Shown: piece by piece, positions 8,615 through 16,385 of the stretch | Numbering within the stretch: the first letter of the stretch is position 1 | How the letters are laid out: each line of letters opens with the position of its first letter | Assembly (NCBI GenBank): GCA_050303855.1 | Contig: JBNLCO010000004.1 | Location: forward strand, 7,581 to 71,580 | DNA: 64,000 bases | Direction of reading: 5' to 3' | From: Candidatus Pacearchaeota archaeon | GTDB lineage: Archaea > Nanobdellota > Nanobdellia > Pacearchaeales > GW2011-AR1 | Translations under genes and position numbers: made by a program | Notes under the pieces: model-generated | Told to the model about the DNA's origin: nothing | Database searches by the model: none | The model's input: the letters and a program-made list of their open reading frames with translations, nothing else

Positions 8615-9279
8615 TTTTCTTCTTTTTCCTCTTTAGATTTTGGAGTTTCGTTATTTATTCCAAGTATTGTGAATAGTAGATCAAAGGCTCTTAGTAATAT
8701 TTCTAATAATATTATGAATATTAGGTATGTTAGTATATTACTGAAGAATGCAGGTAGTTCTGTTAAATGGGATATTACTCTTTGGAAGTCAAAGAATCCT
8801 GCTTTAGTCATAGATACTGCTAATAGCGTGAAAGGAAGAAGCTTTGCAATTTCCTTTGATATCTCTTCTTTGTAGTAAGAAGCCATTCTTATTGCTCCGA
8901 TTACAGTAGCGGATAATATGAGTATTGTTGGGGTAGGTATATCTTCTGTAAGGAAAATTAAGAATAGTGTGAAGACTCCAAACCAGAAGAAGATAAGGAA
9001 TGGCAATATTATTATGTATTCAAGTATATATAGTAAGGAATTCCATATTTTTGATAAGACTGGATGTTCTGAACGATTATATTGTCTTAAATCTAAGGAT
9101 AAAATGTCTTTTTTTGATACGAATCTATAGAACTTCCATATAAAAACTGCATAGATAAAGATTAATAGTACTAGTAAGAACAATCCTATAAAGTTTTGAG
9201 CTCTTCCTGGAAGTAATGCAACCAGATAATCATACATGCTTGTAAGTGCCGTACTAATAGAACTTATCACCTCTGCCAT
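8611..9279 (-). CDS. hypothetical multi-pass membrane protein
   Basis: 222 aa with about 6 hydrophobic helices and an acidic/lysine-rich C-terminal tail. Confidence 0.5.
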   Translation of the reverse strand: MAEVISSISTALTSMYDYLVALLPGRAQNFIGLFLLVLLIFIYAVFIWKFYRFVSKKDILSLDLRQYNRSEHPVLSKIWNSLLYILEYIIILPFLIFFWFGVFTLFLIFLTEDIPTPTILILSATVIGAIRMASYYKEEISKEIAKLLPFTLLAVSMTKAGFFDFQRVISHLTELPAFFSNILTYLIFIILLEILLRAFDLLFTILGINNETPKSKEEKEEN

Positions 9280-9349
9280 GATTTATGGAGTTAATAGGAA
9301 TTTTTAAATGTTTCAATAAATTTAAATATCAGGTTTATTTTTTGAGAGT

Positions 9350-10630
9350 ATGATTGATATAAAGGTTGTAAGAGAGTACCCGGATTTGGTTCGGGACAAT
9401 ATTAAGAAGAAATTTCAGGATTCTAAGTTAAAACTTGTTGATGAAGTTCTTGAATTGGATGAAAAATGGAGGAAAGTTAAGTATGAGGAGGATGGTCTTA
9501 GAAGTGAGAGGAATAAGGTCTCTAAACAGATTAGCGAATTGAAGAAATTAGGTAAAAATGCCGATAAGGAAATGAAGAGGGCTAAAGAAATTCCTGGGAA
9601 AATTGAGAAAATTGAGGTTAGGAGAAAGAAACTTGAAGAGGAGAGAGATATGGTTTTAAGTAAAATTCCCAATTTTATTTCAGATCGAGTTCCTTTTGGT
9701 AAGAGTGATAAAGAAAATGTTGTTGAGAAAGTATTTGGTAAACCTAAAGATTTTGGCTTTAAAGTTAAGAGTCATGGGGATTTGATTGAAGATTTAGGTT
9801 TGGGTGATTTTGATAGTTCTTCTAGAGTTGCTGGAACTGGATTTTATTATTTGCAAGGAGATTTGGCTTTAATGAATCAGGCTTTGATACAGTTTGCTAT
9901 TAGTAAAATGGTTTCTAAAGGATTTACTTATGTTGAAACGCCTTTGATGTTAAGAAATGAGGTAATCAATAGAGTAACTGATTTGAATGATCAAGAGGGC
10001 ATGATTTATAGGATTGCTAATGATGAGGTTTCTTTAATTGGGACTTCAGAACACTCTTTAATTGGAAGATATGTTGATAAAGAAGTTGATTATAATGAGT
10101 TGCCAATAAAACAAACTTCTTATTCTATGTGTTTTAGAAAAGAGATTGGAAGTCATGGTATTGATGAGAAAGGTTTGTTTAGAACTCATCAGTTTAATAA
10201 AGTGGAGATGGTTGTAATCTGTAAACCTGAAGATTCTGATAAGTTCTTTGATAATATGAAAGATCTAACTGTTGAGATCTTTAAGGATTTGGATCTTCCA
10301 GTTAGGGTTTTGAGAATTTGTTCTGGAGATTTGGGTGATTTGAAGAAGGAACAGATTGATGTTGAGGTTTACTCCCCAAGGAAGAAAGATTATTTTGAAG
10401 TTGGTAGTTGTAGCAATTTAACTGACGCCCAAGCAAGAAAGCTTGGTATAAGTTATGTTGAGAAAGGAGTGAGGGTTGTTCCACATACTTTGAACAATAC
10501 TGCTATGGCCACCTCAAGAGCTTTGGTTGCCATTCTTGAGAATAATCAGGATAAGGATGGAAATGTTAAAATTCCTAAAGTTTTGCAACCTTTTATGGGT
10601 GGTAAGAAAGTTTTGAAGAAAATAGTTTGA
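9350..10630 (+). CDS. serS: seryl-tRNA synthetase
   Basis: N-terminal coiled-coil arm. Class II motifs FRTHQFNKVEM and GSCSNLTDAQARKL. Confidence 0.95.
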   Translation: MIDIKVVREYPDLVRDNIKKKFQDSKLKLVDEVLELDEKWRKVKYEEDGLRSERNKVSKQISELKKLGKNADKEMKRAKEIPGKIEKIEVRRKKLEEERDMVLSKIPNFISDRVPFGKSDKENVVEKVFGKPKDFGFKVKSHGDLIEDLGLGDFDSSSRVAGTGFYYLQGDLALMNQALIQFAISKMVSKGFTYVETPLMLRNEVINRVTDLNDQEGMIYRIANDEVSLIGTSEHSLIGRYVDKEVDYNELPIKQTSYSMCFRKEIGSHGIDEKGLFRTHQFNKVEMVVICKPEDSDKFFDNMKDLTVEIFKDLDLPVRVLRICSGDLGDLKKEQIDVEVYSPRKKDYFEVGSCSNLTDAQARKLGISYVEKGVRVVPHTLNNTAMATSRALVAILENNQDKDGNVKIPKVLQPFMGGKKVLKKIV

Positions 10631-10665
10631 ATAAAACTTAAATATTTCCGAATATTTCTTATTTG

Positions 10666-10941
10666 ATGAAAAAGAAAATTAGATATATTAAAGTTGGTTT
10701 TGAGTCTATTCTTGGAAGGCATGATTGGATAATTGCTTTTGGCTTTTTGATGGCTGTAGGAACACTTGTTAAACTCTTAGGGCACTTAGATTTCTCTTCG
10801 GATTGGTTTTGGTTTATTGCTGGTGTGGGTTTATTTATAGAAGGGTTAATTGCTTCAGCTAAACAAAGAAGATTTGATAAAAAGTATAAGATACTTAGCC
10901 AGGAAGAATTTGAGAGATTAGTTGCAAACGATCGGGGTTAA
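10666..10941 (+). CDS. small membrane protein (hypothetical)
   Basis: Two hydrophobic helices. ATG at 10666 directly follows the TTG used by the track. Confidence 0.45.
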   Translation: MKKKIRYIKVGFESILGRHDWIIAFGFLMAVGTLVKLLGHLDFSSDWFWFIAGVGLFIEGLIASAKQRRFDKKYKILSQEEFERLVANDRG

Positions 10942-10942
10942 T

Positions 10943-11292
10943 TTACTGAATTGTTATTATTGGATAACTTTCTGATAAATTGTATTTTATATCTTCTAAC
11001 TCTTGGTTACTAATTTTACTATAGAAATGCTTATCTTTTGAGCCAAGTTCTTCACTATTACTTTTCAAGATTACCTCTAGATCTCCTGAATCGAAATATT
11101 TGAGTGTGTTTTTTATTTCTCCTGCTAATTGGGAGATATCTTCTCCAGCATATCCTCCGGAGTTTCCTTCTTCAGCTACTAAATTGATGAAATAACCCTT
11201 TTTACAGTTTTTTTGTAATTTGCTCTTGATTGAGGGACATGGTCAATATAGTTTTTGTTGTCAATTATGTTTATTGTTACTTTTTTATTCAT
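10943..11292 (-). pseudogene. frameshift-disrupted ORF (two overlapping frames)
   Basis: My translation of frame A (11292..11179) is MNKKVTINIIDNKNYIDHVPQSRANYKKTVKRVISSI*. Frame B is open from 11242 to 10943 and has no ATG: ..KKGYFINLVAEEGNSGGYAGEDISQLAGEIKNTLKYFDSGDLEVILK...ITIQ*. The two frames overlap across A7 and A5 runs. Confidence 0.4.
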
Positions 11293-11310
11293 TTTTTAAT
11301 TTTGGGAGAA

Positions 11311-11640
11311 TCAATATTTATATTTCTCTTTCTTATATTTTATTATTTCTTTCTCAAACTTTAAGTATCGGAGCCAGTTTAATTCCCTTATCCTTTGATT
11401 CCCTCTATTTGTTCTAAAGAGTCCTTTATAATTTCCCGGAAGAGTTTTTGATACTAGCCCGTGCTCGAAACTATCTTGAACTTTTTCGATAAATTCTTTT
11501 GCTAATTTAGGTATATTTTCTTCTTCAACATATCTTTGAAATTCTTTGTTGTTTTCTCTACACAACACTTCATATTTGTTTGGTTTACCTTTTTCGATTA
11601 TTTTTACGGGGGTGTATGTTATTGGGGTTTTTTCTTCCAT
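11311..11640 (-). CDS. hypothetical protein
   Basis: 109-aa lysine-rich ORF ending 18 nt upstream of the disrupted ORF. Confidence 0.45.
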   Translation of the reverse strand: MEEKTPITYTPVKIIEKGKPNKYEVLCRENNKEFQRYVEEENIPKLAKEFIEKVQDSFEHGLVSKTLPGNYKGLFRTNRGNQRIRELNWLRYLKFEKEIIKYKKEKYKY

Positions 11641-11708
11641 TTTATTTTCTTTTTTCTAGAGTTTATAACAATTATTGTATTTTTGAAGATGTTTGGCTAG
11701 GAGTAAGC

Positions 11709-11717
11709 TTTAAAAAT
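11709..11717 (+). promoter_or_regulatory. putative TATA box for tRNA-Asp
   Basis: TTTAAAAAT lies 28-36 nt upstream of the mature tRNA 5' end. Confidence 0.4.
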
Positions 11718-11744
11718 CCGCCAAGATATAGATTTCTATTGTAT

Positions 11745-11816
11745 GCCTCGGTAGTTTAGTGGCTAGAACACGTGCCTGTCGCGCACGAAATCCGGGTTCG
11801 ATTCCCGGTCGGGGCG
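11745..11816 (+). tRNA. tRNA-Asp (anticodon GUC)
   Basis: Hand-folded cloverleaf. Acceptor GCCUCGG/UCGGGGC (two G-U pairs), D stem GUUU/GAAC, anticodon stem CGUGC/GCACG with loop CUGUCGC, T arm CCGGG-UUCGAUU-CCCGG, discriminator G. Confidence 0.9.
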
Positions 11817-11817
11817 T
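11806..11817 (+). repeat. att core copy 1 (tRNA-Asp 3' end)
   Basis: CGGTCGGGGCGT, identical to 22936..22947. Confidence 0.7.
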
Positions 11818-11894
11818 CTCTAGTTTTTGTCTATTTGAAGAAATGTACTCAAAATATACAGACTTCTTTTTAAGAAAGTCTGTTTTAACTACAC

Positions 11895-13049
11895 ATGAAA
11901 ATAGACCCTTACAAACACAAAGAGAGATACTTTAGTTGGAAAGAAAAAGCCATGAAGGATGGAATTCCTGGTTCCTCTGAGACTAATTCTAAGATAATTC
12001 TACAATATCTGAGTGATATGGAGCATGGGATTAATGTTTCTTTGAAAAGTGTTAAAGGCGCTAGAGGTTATCCTAGATTGAATACTCTTAGGGAGAAGAT
12101 GTTGTTTTTCACAAGAAGATTTAAGGAACTTTACGATTTGGACAATATTACGGAAGTTAGTGAGGAACAATTGCTTCTTTTATTTTCAAAGATGAGGAAA
12201 GGGGAGATTTTTAAGAAAGGAGGTCAAAGATATCTTTCTGTGAACTATTTTGTTAAATCATTTAAGTCTTTTTGGCACTGGTGGCAAACTTCTAATAAGA
12301 AGAAAGGGGTTGATGTTCAAGATATAACAATAGACTTAGATTCTAGGGGTGAAAAACCAAAATGGGTTTATTTAACTGAAGAACAAGTTAGAAAACTTTG
12401 TAATAAGGCAAAATATGAATATAGGGTGTTAATCATGTTCTTGTTTGATACTGGAATAAGGGCTCCAACCGAACTGATTAATCTTAAAGTTTCTGATCTG
12501 TATAATGATTGTAAGGAATTGCAGATTAGGGATGAAATTTCTAAAACTTTTGGGAGAAAGATAAAATTAATGCTTTCATCTGATTTGTTGAGACAATATA
12601 TTGCGGATAGGGAATTGAAGGAAAGCGATCACCTCTTTTTAATAAAGCCCGCCACGGTTAATTTGTATTTGAAGAGATTGACTGTTAGAGTTCTTGGTGA
12701 TGGTATGAGTTTGGCAGGTCAGAGATACTCTGAGATAACTATGTATGATTTTAGGCATATTTCCTGTTGTTATTGGTTGCCTAGATATAAATCTGAAAGT
12801 GCTTTGAAGTATCGGTTTGGATGGAAGAAGTCTGATAAAGTGCACTACTATTCGGAACTGCTTGGTATGAAAGACACTATTCAGGAAGAAGATTTATTCA
12901 TAGATAATACTAAAACTGAACTTGAAAGGGAACAAATTAGATTGAGTAAGGAGAATGATATCTTAAAGGAGAAAATGGATGTTATGGGTAGTCAGATGAA
13001 GGAGATCTTTGGTTTAGTTAAGGAAATGGTTGAAAAGACTAAGGTTTGA
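11895..13049 (+). CDS. tyrosine recombinase / phage-type integrase
   Basis: DTGIRAPTEL (Arg box) and YDFRHISCCYW (box II R-H). It lies adjacent to a tRNA, and its N-terminal 120 aa are paralogous to the 24367..24744 fragment. Confidence 0.85.
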   Translation: MKIDPYKHKERYFSWKEKAMKDGIPGSSETNSKIILQYLSDMEHGINVSLKSVKGARGYPRLNTLREKMLFFTRRFKELYDLDNITEVSEEQLLLLFSKMRKGEIFKKGGQRYLSVNYFVKSFKSFWHWWQTSNKKKGVDVQDITIDLDSRGEKPKWVYLTEEQVRKLCNKAKYEYRVLIMFLFDTGIRAPTELINLKVSDLYNDCKELQIRDEISKTFGRKIKLMLSSDLLRQYIADRELKESDHLFLIKPATVNLYLKRLTVRVLGDGMSLAGQRYSEITMYDFRHISCCYWLPRYKSESALKYRFGWKKSDKVHYYSELLGMKDTIQEEDLFIDNTKTELEREQIRLSKENDILKEKMDVMGSQMKEIFGLVKEMVEKTKV

Positions 13050-15135
13050 GCTTGGAAGCTCGTTTTTTAAATTCTTCTCTTAATTCGCTTTCATTTAATA
13101 TTTCTTTTACAATTTCACCTTCAGTTAAATTCTTTTCTAATTCTTCTAAAAGTGATAAATCTTTATTTAAAATTACTTTTTGTGCTTCAGTAAAAAAATT
13201 ATTCTTATATAATTCATCATTAGGGACTCTAAAATATAATTCAGTCAATCTTTTTAAAATATTGAAGTCTAAATAATCTAAAATTACTCCTAAAGGGATT
13301 TTCAAGCTCTTTTTTAATTCTTTAAAATTCTCGTCATCTATTTTTCCAACAATCCAAAACCGCCGAAATTTCCCTATTTCTTTTATTACTTTGCTCATTT
13401 TAGATGAGTTAAGATATCTTTGAAGCTTTGATATTTCTACTTTATTCTTACAAAATGAAGAATCAATCCAATATTTTGAATCCCAAACAGAAATAGATCC
13501 TTCATGATCTATAAAATTTATCCCGTCTGGAATATATTTTCCCCCAAGTTTCTGAGAACTTGGGAAAAATAATCTTAATATTTCCCCTGTATCTCCTTCT
13601 GCAAGATTTCCAAAATTTTCGGGAGTGGCTTCTATAAGCATCTCAATATTTTCTATGGCTTCTCTCCTTGTTTTTTCACTTCTTTCTTTAATTCTTCTAA
13701 AATAAGGGTTTATTACATCCTCTCTAACGCTAAAAGAACTTTCATTTTCAATAAGATCTCCTAGCAAGATTTGTACAAATTCACTATTTTCCAATTTATT
13801 TGTGTCAGACAAACATACAAATATAGGGGTTGTATCTAATTTACTGCATCTATTTAGTATACTTTTTATTGATCTTTTATCATTCTTTTTTATTATAGAA
13901 AGATAAAAAGAAATGAATTTATTTTTTAAAAGATACAAAGATGTTGCCTTTGGATTTAATTTATATAAACCTGTTATTTTTTTACTATTATAACCTTCTT
14001 TTTTAAAAAATTCTAAGATTTTATTTTCTAAGTTTCTGTCGTTTATTTCAAGAGAAAATACATCTTTCTTTTTTGCTATTTGCTCTTTTTCCAATAGACT
14101 TAGAGCTTTTTGGCATAGAAGTATATCGAGCCAAAATAATTGTCCATTGTTTGCAAATAATCTACTTACTTGTGAAGAAAGATCTAGTTTAGAATCTTCT
14201 CCAATAACAATTAAATTATTTTTTATATTATTATTTGTTAGAAATTCTAAATCCCCTTGAGATAGATTTTTATCTGTAAATTTGTATTTTATCCCAATAT
14301 CCTTTGATCCTTTTTTTATTCTTTTTAATGTTCTTTTTATTTTAATCTGAATTAATGAAGATAATCTAAGTTTAAAACTTAATATATACCTTGCATCTTC
14401 AAATAAAAAGGACTTCATCTTATCCACAGCCTCTTTTATTGATTGATTTGTATTAATGGAATTTAATTCTAGTCTAGGTGTTTGTGGGAGATTTGTTTCT
14501 TTGAATCTTATACTTTCTAAATTTTCAAAAGAGACGATCTTATCAAATTCATTTTTCATTTCCTTAATAACAACATTATTTGGAACAAGGATATTAGAAA
14601 TATCTTTAATTTTATTAGATATTTTATTAACTAAACTTACTCCAAACAATCCAGATTGGAAAAAAAGATTAAGTTTGTTCCCTCTTTTTTCAATAATTAT
14701 TGAACGTGTATAATCTATTTTATTATTTGTAGTGAATTTTTGTACTAGTTCTTTTTTTGTAGAATTTTGAACTTTAATTAACGATATAAAATTCTTATTA
14801 TTCCCAAAAATAGAGAATTGTTTGAATCTATGTGTCCCAAGAAATTCTTGCCGGAGTAATTTCAATGTTTTTCTTAATTCTTTAATTCCAAAAGAAAAAT
14901 CTGCCTCAGAAACAAATTGGTTATGGATAAAGCTCCCATAACTTTTTTTCTTAAAAATAAATAATTGTTTTATTAGGTCTTCTACGCCTTTCTTTGTATT
15001 TTGTTGTCTAATTTTTTCTAATAAGGTTTTTTCATCTTCAGTTAAATCTCGGTTATCGTAATAATCCAAGAATTTCTCAAGATTGTCATTAAAAGAACCT
15101 TCTTCTAATAATTCTACATCTTCCCAAAAACCCAT
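13039..15135 (-). CDS. large protein with C-terminal FokI-type (PD-D/ExK) cleavage domain and uncharacterised N-terminal ~500 aa
   Basis: NIEMLIEA..LGGKYIPDGINFIDHEGSISVWDSKYW..EISKLQRYL..RRFWIVGK aligns by eye to FokI YIELIEIA..LGGSRKPDGAIYTV..GVIVDTKAY..ADEMQRYV..FKFLFVSG. Confidence 0.65.
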   Translation of the reverse strand: MGFWEDVELLEEGSFNDNLEKFLDYYDNRDLTEDEKTLLEKIRQQNTKKGVEDLIKQLFIFKKKSYGSFIHNQFVSEADFSFGIKELRKTLKLLRQEFLGTHRFKQFSIFGNNKNFISLIKVQNSTKKELVQKFTTNNKIDYTRSIIIEKRGNKLNLFFQSGLFGVSLVNKISNKIKDISNILVPNNVVIKEMKNEFDKIVSFENLESIRFKETNLPQTPRLELNSINTNQSIKEAVDKMKSFLFEDARYILSFKLRLSSLIQIKIKRTLKRIKKGSKDIGIKYKFTDKNLSQGDLEFLTNNNIKNNLIVIGEDSKLDLSSQVSRLFANNGQLFWLDILLCQKALSLLEKEQIAKKKDVFSLEINDRNLENKILEFFKKEGYNSKKITGLYKLNPKATSLYLLKNKFISFYLSIIKKNDKRSIKSILNRCSKLDTTPIFVCLSDTNKLENSEFVQILLGDLIENESSFSVREDVINPYFRRIKERSEKTRREAIENIEMLIEATPENFGNLAEGDTGEILRLFFPSSQKLGGKYIPDGINFIDHEGSISVWDSKYWIDSSFCKNKVEISKLQRYLNSSKMSKVIKEIGKFRRFWIVGKIDDENFKELKKSLKIPLGVILDYLDFNILKRLTELYFRVPNDELYKNNFFTEAQKVILNKDLSLLEELEKNLTEGEIVKEILNESELREEFKKRASKLKP

Positions 15136-15168
15136 AGAATTATATTCTTTAGAGATATATAGAATTTT

Positions 15169-15771
15169 CTATTTCCACCTAGCTTTCTTCAAAGGCGTTC
15201 CGTTTAGCTTTTTACCTAAAGTATCTTTTAAATTATGGATGTCTTGTTCTTCAGTCCAAACAAAAAACCAATTCTTGTTTTTTTCACACCATTTTTCATA
15301 AGCCTTGATTTTCTTTTCCATTTTTCCATTATAATCATCATTATCTAATCCAAAATGTTCAATAATTATTATGTTGTCCCCATCTTCAATTACAAAATCA
15401 GGACGATATTCTTTATTATCTAATGTAAGCAAATCTTCATATCTTGGATGTAATCCGTTTGCTTCAAAGAAATATAATAAGAGTAATTCGGATTTTGACT
15501 TAACTTTTTGTCCATTAAAATAAAATCTCCCTTCAAATTTATCTCTAAAATCTGTTTCCTTTTTGTTTTTTACATAATCTATTTGTTTTATTTTTTTCTT
15601 TTCTTCTTGTTTTTCTTTCCAATGTTCTTTACAAAGATTATGTCCTTCTGGGACTTCTATTCCGCAAACTTCACAAGTAGGTTTTTGCTTTTCTTTTTCA
15701 TTACAATCAAAACAAAGTTCAAACCAAGGTTTCTTTGGATTTCCACATTTTGGGCATTCTGTTTTTGACAT
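15169..15771 (-). CDS. zinc-ribbon plus PD-(D/E)XK nuclease-fold protein
   Basis: The N-terminus has CPKC..CFDC and CEVC..CKEH pairs. The C-terminus has SKSELLLLYFFEANG..YRPDFVIEDGDNIIIIEHFG, a restriction-endonuclease-like core. Confidence 0.55.
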   Translation of the reverse strand: MSKTECPKCGNPKKPWFELCFDCNEKEKQKPTCEVCGIEVPEGHNLCKEHWKEKQEEKKKIKQIDYVKNKKETDFRDKFEGRFYFNGQKVKSKSELLLLYFFEANGLHPRYEDLLTLDNKEYRPDFVIEDGDNIIIIEHFGLDNDDYNGKMEKKIKAYEKWCEKNKNWFFVWTEEQDIHNLKDTLGKKLNGTPLKKARWK

Positions 15772-15813
15772 TTTATATCTATTAATAGGTATTCATACGT
15801 AGTATAAAAGATT

Positions 15814-16044
15814 ATGTGTAGTTATTCACATATGCATAGGGATATACTTATGATTACAGAGGAAATTCTTAAAACTTTATCTAAGAATAAGGAATTATCA
15901 ACAAGACAAGTATCTTTGAAAGTTAAAACTCATAGGGCAGTTGCTTTAAGATCCCTAGAGTTTCTTAAAAGAATAAATTTGGTTAAAGAAAGAGAAGGTA
16001 CAGAGACGAATCGGGTTGAGAGGCTGTTTAGTTTGAAGAATTAA
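15814..16044 (+). CDS. small winged-helix DNA-binding protein (putative regulator)
   Basis: ILKTLSKNKELSTRQVSLKVKTHRAVALRSLEFLKRINLVKE follows an HTH-plus-wing pattern. The start is uncertain, as several in-frame Met codons are present. Confidence 0.45.
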   Translation: MCSYSHMHRDILMITEEILKTLSKNKELSTRQVSLKVKTHRAVALRSLEFLKRINLVKEREGTETNRVERLFSLKN

Positions 16045-16385
16045 ATTCCCAAATAATTCTTTAAAATTAAGGCGAGGCTGAAAGTTATTATAAATGTAGC
16101 AAATATTTTAATAAGAAACTTTTTGAATTTTTCTTTATCATAGTACATTAATCTTTCTGTTCTTTCTATATTTTGAGAGATATCAATTACCCATTTATAA
16201 GAAGCATAAATCAACAATATATTAAAAATAAATAATATTAATTTTCCTATAGATTCAAAGAGAATCAAAAAACCTGACTCTTTAATTGCTGGTAAAAGAT
16301 AATCTGAAATTATTGATAATTCTGTAGGTAAAGCAAATCCCAAACCAATAGCTTCCTTTATGATTATTTTTTGGGTTTTATTCAT
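16041..16385 (-). CDS. small 3-TM membrane protein translationally coupled to res
   Basis: Its ATG overlaps the res stop codon (ATGA, 16382..16385). Three hydrophobic helices. No family recognised. Confidence 0.55.
   Translation of the reverse strand: MNKTQKIIIKEAIGLGFALPTELSIISDYLLPAIKESGFLILFESIGKLILFIFNILLIYASYKWVIDISQNIERTERLMYYDKEKFKKFLIKIFATFIITFSLALILKNYLGI

Noticed and set aside
11195-11215. Programmed -1 ribosomal frameshift at the A-runs of the disrupted ORF
   Set aside because: No X XXY YYZ heptamer is in register with the zero frame, I saw no obvious downstream stimulatory structure, and the gene has no known family. An indel or pseudogene is more parsimonious.
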